DNA of 24,451 nucleotides from a virus. Taxonomy: Duplodnaviria > Caudoviricetes. The notes below the pieces were generated by a model, which was given only the letters and a program-made list of their open reading frames with translations, did no database searches and was not told where the DNA came from. The translations under genes and the position numbers were made by a program. The stretch lies in the IMG/VR virus record IMGVR_UViG_3300042539_001535, positions 1 through 24,451 of that record. One strand, written 5' to 3'. Positions 9,216 to 16,940 of the stretch are shown one piece after another; position 1 is the first letter of the stretch; each line of letters opens with the position of its first letter.

Positions 9216-11390
9216 TCAGCCCCGCGCCCGGATCGCGCCGGGGACGTGGTCCGCGATGACCTTGCGCGCCTTGTTGTCCTGCGCCATGGCCTCGCGCAGC
9301 TTCAGCGCGGCCATCTGTTCGCAGCGCAGCGCCGCCTCGGCTCCCGCGGTGCCCTTCATCAGGTAGGGCGCCACCATCGCCGCCAGCACCCAGCTGGCGT
9401 AGGTGATGAACAGGGGCGAGTAACGGTCGCGGTTCGCCAAGCTGGTGACGTAGACCAGCGTCAGCGCTTCCTGGTTCGTGTACAGCCGGCGATCGCCATC
9501 GGCGTTGTCCTCGATGACCCACTGCACGCGAGGCATCCCCTCGCTGTCGTCGCGGTCTCCCTCGCGCATCACCTTGGTCGGCGCCAAGACGTCGGCGGGA
9601 ACCTCGTAGACGTGCTCGTAGTTCGGGTGTTCCTCGTCGTCGACCAGCACCAGCTCATGCCGCCGCGTCGCGAAGCCCCAGGCATGCCGCTCTAGACACT
9701 CCTGGATCGCCAGGTTGTAAAACCGGCTGCAGGCATCCGCTCCCGCGGTTCCGTCGGCCGGCGCCACCGATGCCACCGGCGTGGACTCGCCGATGTGGCT
9801 CAGGGCGAGATTGCAGATGTCGACGATCGTGACCAAGGCGCGGCCTCCGACGTAAATGTGGTACGGGTGCTGGTTGAGAGCGAAGTAATCGAGGAAGTTG
9901 CCGGCGTCGACCAGCCGCCCGCCGATGCGAACGTCGTTGAACGACAGGTTGCAAGGCGTGTTGTTGCGGTCGAACCCTTCAATCAGCGACTTGCGGATCG
10001 GGTTGACGGCCTCGACGTAGAAGCCGTCGAACAGCCAGCTCGCCGCCGTCCCGAACCGCTCGCGCTGCGTGCCGCCCCACAAGTACGGGTAGCTGTAGTT
10101 CTGGATCGCCAACGCTCGCGCCGTCATCACCGTGCCGTAAATGCGCAGGTTGGTGAAGGTGACGTTGTAGATGCCGTAGTACCGCCCCTCGCTCTCGTAG
10201 CCGTCCATCCAGCACTTGACGACGGCATGAACCCCCTTCCACGGGTACAGGCTCGTGCCCATGGGTGCCGGGTATGCGTCGGTGTCCTGCTGGCCGAGGT
10301 GCATCGCGTGGCAGTCCTCGATTAGCCGGGTCGACGGAGTCGGCGGCGGCGGCCAGTACCCGAAGGTGAAGATGCCGTTGTTGGCCGTGATCCCGAAGCA
10401 CTTGCGGATGACGTGGTTTTGCAGCGGCGTCTCGAGGTAGAACACGTCGTCGCCAACGTGCAGCAGGCAGCTCGTGATCGTGCTGGTGAACGTCAGCGGG
10501 TGCGCCGCCATGAACGCAAGACCGTCGCTGCCTCCCCACCACGGGTTGATCGCATGGCAGTGGTCAATCGACGAGAAGCCCCCCGAAGTGATCGCCGCGG
10601 CCGCATCGCAGATGACCAAGCCCGACAGCCGGTTGTCGGTGATGGGCGTACTGCCGATCGTGGTCATGAACGGCGCGAAGGTCTGCTCGTCCTCGTACGT
10701 GAGCGAGCTCTGAATCGCGCCGGTGTCGTAGATGCGGCCGCTCACCACGCCCGCGCCCTCGAAGATGACGCCCGTCGTGCCGGTGACGTCGAAGTTGCCC
10801 TCGATGACCGCGCCGGCGTCGATGTAGATCCTGCAGTTGTTGTTGACCTTGAAGCGCCGCGCGGTCGCCAAGATCGGGTTGGTGTCGCCGCTCAGCGAGC
10901 CCGTGTAGGGGCCGCCGATCGCGTAGGTGCCGGCGGGGAAGTGCACCTTCTGGCCGGCCGTGAACTCGGTCACCGAGCCCAGCGTGCCGAATGCCACCGA
11001 CGCAGGGTCGATGGTCGGCTTCAGCGGGTCGCAGAACAGGTAGACCACGTCTCGCCGGTCGCCGTTGATCTCCAGCCGCAGCTGAACGTCAGGCGGCGCC
11101 GTCACCTGCGCCTTGCCCGACGCCACCACGACCGTCGCGCCGACGTTGTCGGGGTAGAGGCGGGCCGAGGTGATCGCCCCAGCGATGCGCGTGACCTCGA
11201 TGCTCAGCGTCTCGTTGGTGCCGATCTTGAGCCACGAGACCTGCCACGCACCGAACGGGAACAGCGTCGGATTGCCGAGGTTGCCCGTCTTGCTGCGGCC
11301 ATAGACCGTCGCCGCCACGCCGTTGACGGCGGCAGTGAACAGCGTCGACGTGTAGTTGGGGCCTGCGCCCGGTGTGAGCTGAACCGTCAT
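9216..11390 (-). CDS. Fusion: N-terminal GH28/GH49-like beta-helix glycoside hydrolase (~518 aa) + C-terminal tail adaptor / tail tubular protein A (~206 aa)
   Basis: N-part: HFPAGTY, IYIDAGAVIEG, IFEGAGVVSG, WWGGSDG, HVGDD. C-part: VDICNLALSHIGE...CSRFYNLAIQECLERHAWGFATRR...YEVPAD...LYTNQ...YSPLF, the adaptor signature, directly upstream of the nozzle. Confidence 0.8.
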   Translation of the reverse strand: MTVQLTPGAGPNYTSTLFTAAVNGVAATVYGRSKTGNLGNPTLFPFGAWQVSWLKIGTNETLSIEVTRIAGAITSARLYPDNVGATVVVASGKAQVTAPPDVQLRLEINGDRRDVVYLFCDPLKPTIDPASVAFGTLGSVTEFTAGQKVHFPAGTYAIGGPYTGSLSGDTNPILATARRFKVNNNCRIYIDAGAVIEGNFDVTGTTGVIFEGAGVVSGRIYDTGAIQSSLTYEDEQTFAPFMTTIGSTPITDNRLSGLVICDAAAAITSGGFSSIDHCHAINPWWGGSDGLAFMAAHPLTFTSTITSCLLHVGDDVFYLETPLQNHVIRKCFGITANNGIFTFGYWPPPPTPSTRLIEDCHAMHLGQQDTDAYPAPMGTSLYPWKGVHAVVKCWMDGYESEGRYYGIYNVTFTNLRIYGTVMTARALAIQNYSYPYLWGGTQRERFGTAASWLFDGFYVEAVNPIRKSLIEGFDRNNTPCNLSFNDVRIGGRLVDAGNFLDYFALNQHPYHIYVGGRALVTIVDICNLALSHIGESTPVASVAPADGTAGADACSRFYNLAIQECLERHAWGFATRRHELVLVDDEEHPNYEHVYEVPADVLAPTKVMREGDRDDSEGMPRVQWVIEDNADGDRRLYTNQEALTLVYVTSLANRDRYSPLFITYASWVLAAMVAPYLMKGTAGAEAALRCEQMAALKLREAMAQDNKARKVIADHVPGAIRARG
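9834..9848 (-). promoter_or_regulatory. Candidate internal ribosome-binding site and in-frame TTG start for a stand-alone adaptor (9836..9216)
   Basis: Minus strand GGAGG (9848-9844), 7 nt, TTG (9836-9834), in frame with the 11390 start and four codons before DICNLAL, where adaptor proteins normally begin. Confidence 0.6.
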
Positions 11391-11417
11391 CGGTCACCCC
11401 TCGGGCTGGTCTCCCTG

Positions 11418-11693
11418 TCAGCGACGCGGCGCCGCTGCTTCGTCAGGCTGCAGGCGCTTGGTCGACTTGGCGACGGCGTCGGCCAAGGCGCGGCTCGCCT
11501 GCGACGCCACCACTTCGGCCTCGTCCTGCAGCGGCCGACCGCGTTCGTCCACCCGCTGCATGCAGTCCGCGTAGAACGGCCAGCCTGGCTCCAGCTCCAG
11601 GATCGAGCCCTTCGGCTGCAGACCGCCGCCACGGCCATCGTTGGCATCGTAGACGTGGTCGCGGGTGAACTTGACGAACGTGGTGTTGCTCAT
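11418..11693 (-). CDS. Hypothetical protein (91 aa), probably head-associated
   Basis: ATG 2 nt after the upstream stop, phage-like codon usage, fills the gap between cement genes and adaptor. Confidence 0.7.
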   Translation of the reverse strand: MSNTTFVKFTRDHVYDANDGRGGGLQPKGSILELEPGWPFYADCMQRVDERGRPLQDEAEVVASQASRALADAVAKSTKRLQPDEAAAPRR

Positions 11694-11695
11694 GG

Positions 11696-12232
11696 TCAGT
11701 TGACTGCGTCACGGAGCAGCCAGCCCTGCGGCAGAATCTCGGTGTTGCCGATGATCGCCGTGATGCGGCCAGCAGACGGCGCCGTGGTGGCGCCGAGGTC
11801 CATCCAGTAGATGAGCCGCAGGTAGCGGGCGACCGTCAGCACCGACGGCACAAGGCCAATCTGGTACTCGATGCGGTTCGCTCGCTGCGCGGCAAGCACC
11901 GGAGCCGCAACGGACCCGATGTCCGCGTTGCTCCACACGGTGACGCGACCGGTGTCGGTCAGCGGGTCGCCACCGTTGCCGTAGCTGGCCAAGCTGATGC
12001 CGAAGGCCGTCGCCGAACCGCCAGCCGGCAGGGTCGGGAACAGGATCGACAGCGTCAGGTTGCGCGCCTGGAACCCGGGCAGCTTCAGGTCGATGGGAGA
12101 CGTCAGCGACGCCCTTGCGCGGATGCCGACCGAGCCCAAGGCAGTGATGCCCAGGGCGCCAAGGTCGGTCCATGTGCCAGCCGTCAAGTCTTCGTTGTTG
12201 GCCAGCTGCAGGAAATTGTCGTGAACGGCCAT
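11696..12232 (-). CDS. Second Bbp16-like capsid cement/decoration protein (178 aa)
   Basis: Probable start ATG 12232 overlapping the upstream TGA (TGATG): MAVHDNFLQLANNEDLT...SPIDL...RYLRLIY...SAGRITAII...RDAVN; beta-rich and parallel to the upstream gene. Confidence 0.65.
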   Translation of the reverse strand: MAVHDNFLQLANNEDLTAGTWTDLGALGITALGSVGIRARASLTSPIDLKLPGFQARNLTLSILFPTLPAGGSATAFGISLASYGNGGDPLTDTGRVTVWSNADIGSVAAPVLAAQRANRIEYQIGLVPSVLTVARYLRLIYWMDLGATTAPSAGRITAIIGNTEILPQGWLLRDAVN

Positions 12233-12690
12233 CAGTTCACCGCATCCGGCAAGGTGTCCGTCTTGATCTGGTGCGTGGTGATCATCGCGTTCACGGTGGC
12301 CGCGTCCAACGTGTTGCCGCCGTTGGTCTGACGCAGCCCGACGAACGCCCGATACTTGTTCGGGCCAGCCGAGGGGAGCGTGGTCTCCCACAGCAAGCGC
12401 CCGGCGGGGATCGCCGTGCTCGAGGTCGCGTAGGCCGGCGACAGCTGCAGGATGGTGACGTTCGTCGTGAGGGCGGAGTTGTCCGCCGTGACGAGTTGCA
12501 ACTGCAAGCTGCTGGCGCTGGCGCTGCTGAGGGCAGAGTTGAGCGTCACGCGCACATACAGCGGCGTGCCGTGTCCGATGTCGCGCACGGTGTTGATCGC
12601 GGCGCCGGTGCCAAGGACGGCGGTCGCGCCGCTGGTCACGGTGATCGCGGTCGCGTCGCAGAGTTCGTAGGTCAGGTCGACAAGTCCCAT
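12232..12690 (-). CDS. Bbp16-like capsid cement/decoration protein (152 aa)
   Basis: MGLVDLTYELCDATAIT...RDIGHGTPLYVRVTLN...LQLQLVTADNSAL...YRAFVGLR...TVNAMIT...PDAVN directly after the major capsid gene; GAGGAA RBS upstream. Confidence 0.78.
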   Translation of the reverse strand: MGLVDLTYELCDATAITVTSGATAVLGTGAAINTVRDIGHGTPLYVRVTLNSALSSASASSLQLQLVTADNSALTTNVTILQLSPAYATSSTAIPAGRLLWETTLPSAGPNKYRAFVGLRQTNGGNTLDAATVNAMITTHQIKTDTLPDAVN

Positions 12691-12715
12691 TGGTGGTTCC
12701 TCGTTTGGTTGTGGA

Positions 12716-12735
12716 GGCGGCCCCGAAGGGCCGCC
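12716..12735 (-). terminator. GC-rich hairpin with UUCG loop after the major capsid gene (RNA stabiliser or weak terminator)
   Basis: Minus strand GGCGGCCC-TTCG-GGGCCGCC, perfect 8-bp stem, 6 nt after the stop; no U-tract follows. Confidence 0.6.
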
Positions 12736-12741
12736 CGTGGA

Positions 12742-13743
12742 TCAGGCCACCGACAGCAGGGCGCTTGCCGTCTCGGTTGCAGCCAATGCATCCTGCTGCA
12801 GGATCTCGTGGTCGCCGAATTGCATCGCGCGCTTGCCGGCGACGCTGTCGAAGCTGACCATGCCGCTGGCCTTCGCCAAGGAGTGCAGGCGCAGCCACAG
12901 GCGGCAATCGCGGTTCATGACCCACACGTAGGTGGTGTCGCTCTCCTTCTTCACGCGCTCGTCCAAGCGAATCATCAGATCCACCAGGTTGTCGCCGGTG
13001 GCGCCGCTGGCGATTAGCGTGCTGACCTTGATGTTCGCGATGCGGCCGCACTTCTGCCAGTTGCGCAGTCCGAGGCCGATGCACTGGCGGTAGTGCGTGC
13101 GAAACACCTTGCGCATGCCGTCAGACGACTCCTTGGTGACCAAGCCTTCCGGCATCACCTGCAGGCCGCCCACCATGCCCTTCGGATACAGGAAGTGCGC
13201 GGCATCCGGCCCCATGCCGATGAGGTAGATGGAGTAGCACGAGTCCGAAGACGTGCCGCTGCCGACGATGATGTTCTCGGAGCTGCCGAACACCGAGTTG
13301 GTGTTGTTGTAGCGCTCCCGGAAGCCGGTGAAGCTCTCCGGCACCAGACCTTCGTTCCCGTTGAACGTGGTCGCGCTGATGGTCTGCACCATCGCTTCGA
13401 TCGTGCCGCTCTGCTCGGAGGCCATCCAATCCCGGCTGTTGCCGTTCATGTCCGCGGCGATCTGGTCGATTTCGTTCCAGTCTTCGAGGATGCCGATCGA
13501 GTCGGTCACCTGCGCCGAGGTGTTCTTGCTCGGCTGCCGGTTCTGGTTGATCTTGCGCCAGCCGGGGGTCGACAAGCTGGTGCGCAGGGTGGTCAGGTTG
13601 CTGAAGCCCTGATTGCTCTCCATGGCCGGCATGCGCGCATAGAGCTCGTTCTTTTGGTTCTGCAGCTCGACGATCTTCGCGATGGCCCCGTTGGGGTCCT
13701 GGCGCTTGACGACGTCGGCGATGGTCGGGTGAGTGGTAGACAC
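12742..13743 (-). CDS. Major capsid protein (BPP-1 Bbp17 / epsilon15 gp7-like, HK97 fold), 333 aa
   Basis: PTIADVVKRQDPNGAIAKIVE, RTSLSTPGWRKINQ, QVTDSIGILEDWNEID, PESFTGFRERYN, SIYLIGMG, LYPKG, RNWQKCGRIANI; GTG start with GGAG RBS; follows the scaffold gene. Confidence 0.93.
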   Translation of the reverse strand: MSTTHPTIADVVKRQDPNGAIAKIVELQNQKNELYARMPAMESNQGFSNLTTLRTSLSTPGWRKINQNRQPSKNTSAQVTDSIGILEDWNEIDQIAADMNGNSRDWMASEQSGTIEAMVQTISATTFNGNEGLVPESFTGFRERYNNTNSVFGSSENIIVGSGTSSDSCYSIYLIGMGPDAAHFLYPKGMVGGLQVMPEGLVTKESSDGMRKVFRTHYRQCIGLGLRNWQKCGRIANIKVSTLIASGATGDNLVDLMIRLDERVKKESDTTYVWVMNRDCRLWLRLHSLAKASGMVSFDSVAGKRAMQFGDHEILQQDALAATETASALLSVA

Positions 13744-13758
13744 TGGCTAGCTCCGCCC

Positions 13759-14478
13759 TCAGTGGGGCTTCACGTCTGCGAACAACAGGTCGCCAAGGCT
13801 CTTTGGCTGTGGGGCCGGGTTTGCCTTGCCGATGACCAGCCGACCGGTTTGCGCCAATCGTTGACCCGCGTTCCGCACGCTGCGGATCAGGTCGGGGTGA
13901 TTGGCCAGACCGGAGCGATCCAGGATGTCCATCAGCTCCGGCGTGAACCCCAGCTCGCGCGCCCCCAGTGCGGTAAATCGCATGGTCGCGTCCCAGTTCT
14001 TCCCGCCGATCTCGGGATCCTGCATGGCCTTCTCGCGCCATTGCGCGCTGACCTGCTGAATCTGCGCGGTCTGCCGCGCCTGGATCGCCGGCAGCATCGT
14101 GTCGACGATGCGCTGGGCTTGCTCGGGTGCAATCGCCATCTCCTGGGCTGCCTTGCCGAACTGTGCGAGAACCTCGCTGTCGGCATGGATGCCCTGGGGA
14201 GCCTTGATCTCGTACGGGGACGCCGGCTGACTTGCGCCGCCCGCTGCCTCGGACTCCAGCTTGGACAGAGCGTCGGCGATGACAGAGCGCGGCGGCTCCG
14301 TCTTCGCGGCGGTGTCGGCCTTCGGCGAAGCATCCTGCGCCGGCTGCTTGGTGGCTGCCGGCTGCGCTGCCTGCTGCTGCGGAACGGCTGGCGCAGGCGC
14401 TGCGGCCTGTCCAGGCGTTGCCGGCTGTGCGGGGCTGTCAGTTGCGTTTCCGGCCCCGGTCACTGCTGCTGCGGTCAT
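13759..14478 (-). CDS. Capsid scaffolding/assembly protein (239 aa)
   Basis: Disordered Pro/Ala/Gln N-terminus then YEIKAPQG, EQAQRIVD, W..AMQDPEIGG.NW, GLANHPDLIR; immediately upstream of the capsid gene. Confidence 0.85.
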   Translation of the reverse strand: MTAAAVTGAGNATDSPAQPATPGQAAAPAPAVPQQQAAQPAATKQPAQDASPKADTAAKTEPPRSVIADALSKLESEAAGGASQPASPYEIKAPQGIHADSEVLAQFGKAAQEMAIAPEQAQRIVDTMLPAIQARQTAQIQQVSAQWREKAMQDPEIGGKNWDATMRFTALGARELGFTPELMDILDRSGLANHPDLIRSVRNAGQRLAQTGRLVIGKANPAPQPKSLGDLLFADVKPH

Positions 14479-14785
14479 GCGCTTCTCTCCTCAACTGCAC
14501 GTAGAGGTCCGGGCAGTGCGCATCGATCAGCACCATGAACCGCTTCGGGATCTCCTGCAGACCCAGGTTGAACCCCATGATCGCCGCGTTCGGCGAGAAG
14601 GGGTTTCCTGTGGGATAGCCTGCGATTTCCAGAAGCCGGTTGATGATCCGCCGACCGCGAACGCCGCCCATGAGCCAGACCACGTCGGCCGCCTCCTGTT
14701 CAGTCTCGTGGCGACTCTTGGCCTGTTGGGCCTCGCGTCGCTGCTGATTACCGTCCAGGTCGAGCGGGTCGTGCTCTGAACTCAC
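14438..14785 (-). CDS. Bbp19-like conserved head-module protein (115 aa)
   Basis: DVVWLMGGVRGRRIINRLLEIAG...MGFNLGLQEI...CPDLYVQL pattern of the small protein preceding the scaffold in BPP-1-like phages; GTG start. Confidence 0.78.
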   Translation of the reverse strand: MSSEHDPLDLDGNQQRREAQQAKSRHETEQEAADVVWLMGGVRGRRIINRLLEIAGYPTGNPFSPNAAIMGFNLGLQEIPKRFMVLIDAHCPDLYVQLRREAHDRSSSDRGRKRN

Positions 14786-14789
14786 GCGC

Positions 14790-14828
14790 GGACGCTATGC
14801 AGCACAACCGGGGGGTATGCCCCCCCCT
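14790..14828 (-). promoter_or_regulatory. Candidate late promoter, copy 1 (AGGGGGGGGCATACC-N16-TAGCGTCC)
   Basis: Both blocks and the 16-nt gap are identical to 19405-19443; TAGCGT (14797-14792) fits TANNNT and lies 6 nt before the GTG at 14785. Confidence 0.65.
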
Positions 14829-15099
14829 AACGTGCGAGGCCGAGCAGCAGGCCAACCACCAAGCCGCGAGCCTTGGCGTCTGCCGCGTCTCCCTCTCGAG
14901 CAGCCCGGATCCCCGCGAACAGCGCGACGTTGTCCGTCGCGGCCTTCACCGCCTCGTCGAAGCCCGGCAGCCCGACGCATCCAGCCAGCGCGCTCGCCTG
15001 CTCGGCGGCAAACGTGGCGATGCCTGCCGCGGAGGCTTGCACCCGCACTCCGGTGTCCTTCAGCGCTTGGTGGAAAAGATCGTCGATGGCCTTGCTCAT
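14827..15099 (-). CDS. Hypothetical protein with hydrophobic C-terminus (90 aa)
   Basis: ATGA overlap with the upstream gene; ends GLVVGLLLGLAR. Confidence 0.7.
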   Translation of the reverse strand: MSKAIDDLFHQALKDTGVRVQASAAGIATFAAEQASALAGCVGLPGFDEAVKAATDNVALFAGIRAAREGDAADAKARGLVVGLLLGLAR

Positions 15100-15476
15100 G
15101 GTGTCACCGTCACGAACGCGATGCGCGCCTCACGGAACAAGCTGACCCGCTGACTCAGCAAGCCAGCGGCGCCAGGGGACAGGTCCCCGGCTGCGGCTCG
15201 ACGGGTCACGTCTCCCTCGGCCAGGGCCTCCAACCGCGTCCAGTTCACCGCGGCGATGCGGGTCGCGTCTCCGGATGCCAGGGCATCGTCGGCCGCCATG
15301 ATGTCGCCGGCAGCCGCGACTTCGCCGGACGCCACCACCTCCCGCGCGCACTGCTCGCGCAGGCTCTGCCAGGCGTTCTGCAGTGCCGGCAGCGTGGCGG
15401 TCTCTCGGGCCGCGGTGCCAAGGCATGCCGCCGCCAGCAGGCCGCCGCCGGCCAACGCCAAGCCGAGGCGCCTCAC
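15096..15476 (-). CDS. Predicted lipoprotein (126 aa)
   Basis: MRRLGLALAGGGLLAAAC: basic N-terminus, hydrophobic stretch, lipobox-like Cys18; 4-nt overlaps on both sides. Confidence 0.7.
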   Translation of the reverse strand: MRRLGLALAGGGLLAAACLGTAARETATLPALQNAWQSLREQCAREVVASGEVAAAGDIMAADDALASGDATRIAAVNWTRLEALAEGDVTRRAAAGDLSPGAAGLLSQRVSLFREARIAFVTVTP

Positions 15477-15826
15477 GACACCCTCCGGATGCGCTCGATC
15501 TCCTCTGCAACGATGCGATCAATCTCGTCGGCCAATTTCGCCGGCAACTGATGCAGGTCGGCCTTCAGCATCGTCCACTCGCTCGTCCGCGTGCGCGTGT
15601 CCTCGGCAATCTGCGCGGTGAGCAGCTTGATGTTCGTCGCCAGCTCCCCGACGACGTTCACCTGCTTCTCGGCGGTGTGCACCAGCTTCCCGCCGATGCC
15701 CAGCACCACGGCGGCCAGCAGGGCAAGCACCGTCCAGTCTTGCGGCCCGGCCGCGGTCTCGAACACGACGGCCCCAGCCCCGACGGCGGTCAGGGTCAGC
15801 CCAGCGATGTACCCGGTGGCGCTCAT
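15473..15826 (-). CDS. Membrane protein with two hydrophobic segments and a coiled-coil tail, holin- or i-spanin-like (117 aa)
   Basis: Probable start ATG 15826 (ATGA overlap): YIAGLTLTAVGAGAVVF and WTVLALLAAVVLGIGG, then a charged helical C-terminus ending ERIRRVS. Confidence 0.6.
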   Translation of the reverse strand: MSATGYIAGLTLTAVGAGAVVFETAAGPQDWTVLALLAAVVLGIGGKLVHTAEKQVNVVGELATNIKLLTAQIAEDTRTRTSEWTMLKADLHQLPAKLADEIDRIVAEEIERIRRVS

Positions 15827-16548
15827 ACGTCCCTCTCCCACCACGCGATTTCGAACTCCCAGCTTGGCGCGGTGGTGGCGTTGGCGGGGTTCCACATGTG
15901 CACGAGCAGGCAGTGGTTTTGCCCCTGCAGCACGCACGGGCCGAAGTTCTTCGTGATGGCGACCGACGCCGCGCCGTTGAGGGCACCGGCCTGCACGCCG
16001 AGAGCCGGGTCGCCAAACGTCAACAGCACCTCGTCGCCGACCGTCCAGCATGGTGCCGCTTGCGTCTTCAGGATGGCACGCCCGACCGTGCGCGCGGCCA
16101 CCGCAGCCGCTGCCGTGCAGTTGAAGCGCAGCACGTCTACCGCGCTGCCGCTCGGGGCAACGCTGCTGATCGCGTTCGCGATGTTTCCGGTGAGATCCGT
16201 GCCGCCGGAGCTGTAGCGGTTGGCCGTGTCCAGCACAACCGCGACGTTGCTGCTTGTGGTGCTGGCGCCGGCAGCCGTGTTGATGAGCCGGATGTAGTGC
16301 GGAGTGATCCGCTTGGTGGCGCTTCCGCTTCGCAGCAACAACAGCACGTTGGCCGTGGCGCTGAACGCAGTTTGGATGCCCATCGCCACGCCGGTGCCCA
16401 GCGTCGCGTTGGTCGCGCGGAAGTAGGTTCCTTCCTCTGTCCACGCCAGCGAATGGCAGCGCACCAAGACGCCACCGCTGCTGTCGGTGCGAATCACTCT
16501 GTTGAGCGCGGCAGGGTTCTGGCCGTGCGCAGATACTGCGAGGGGCAT
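15823..16548 (-). CDS. Hypothetical beta-rich protein, possibly virion-associated (241 aa)
   Basis: TAATG overlap with the upstream gene; Ala/Thr/Gly/Ser/Asn-rich with alternating beta patterns, ends WEFEIAWWERDV. Confidence 0.72.
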   Translation of the reverse strand: MPLAVSAHGQNPAALNRVIRTDSSGGVLVRCHSLAWTEEGTYFRATNATLGTGVAMGIQTAFSATANVLLLLRSGSATKRITPHYIRLINTAAGASTTSSNVAVVLDTANRYSSGGTDLTGNIANAISSVAPSGSAVDVLRFNCTAAAAVAARTVGRAILKTQAAPCWTVGDEVLLTFGDPALGVQAGALNGAASVAITKNFGPCVLQGQNHCLLVHMWNPANATTAPSWEFEIAWWERDV

Positions 16549-16940
16549 TATCGAGTCTCCCGTGTGTAGATGAGTTCGACCGTCTCGTTCGGAGCCGTGC
16601 CGTCGGGCTGGCCCAACTGCAGCGCCTCGATGCGCACGTCGAACTCGCCAGCGCGAACAGCGATGACGTTGACGACGTAGGTGTGGACGGAGTCCGCGTC
16701 TTCGCTGGCCACCACGCGACGCACGCCGCAGAGGATCAGATCCCCCGCAGTGACGTCCGCATCGGTGACGGTCACGGTGCGCACGGCATCGCCGTCGGTG
16801 AACGCGACCGCGACGCTCTGCAGCGCGCCGCCGCCCGCCGTTTCGGAGGCCGCCGAGGCGACAGCGCGGCTCAGCGCAAGGCGCTTCTCGCGAGCCTCGG
16901 CGTTGCGGATGCTGCCGGCCTTCTCGAAGTCGATGTTCAC
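16548..16940 (-). CDS. Hypothetical beta-rich protein (130 aa)
   Basis: Probable start GTG 16940 overlapping the portal TGA (GTGA): MNIDFEKAGSIRNAE...VTVTDADVTAGDLILCGV...GEFDVRIEA; the 692-aa track ORF is an upstream shadow extension. Confidence 0.68.
   Translation of the reverse strand: MNIDFEKAGSIRNAEAREKRLALSRAVASAASETAGGGALQSVAVAFTDGDAVRTVTVTDADVTAGDLILCGVRRVVASEDADSVHTYVVNVIAVRAGEFDVRIEALQLGQPDGTAPNETVELIYTRETR

Noticed and set aside
14960-15000. Lipobox-like LAGC in the 90-aa protein
   Set aside because: Cys is about 40 residues in, preceded by charged residues and no proper signal peptide.
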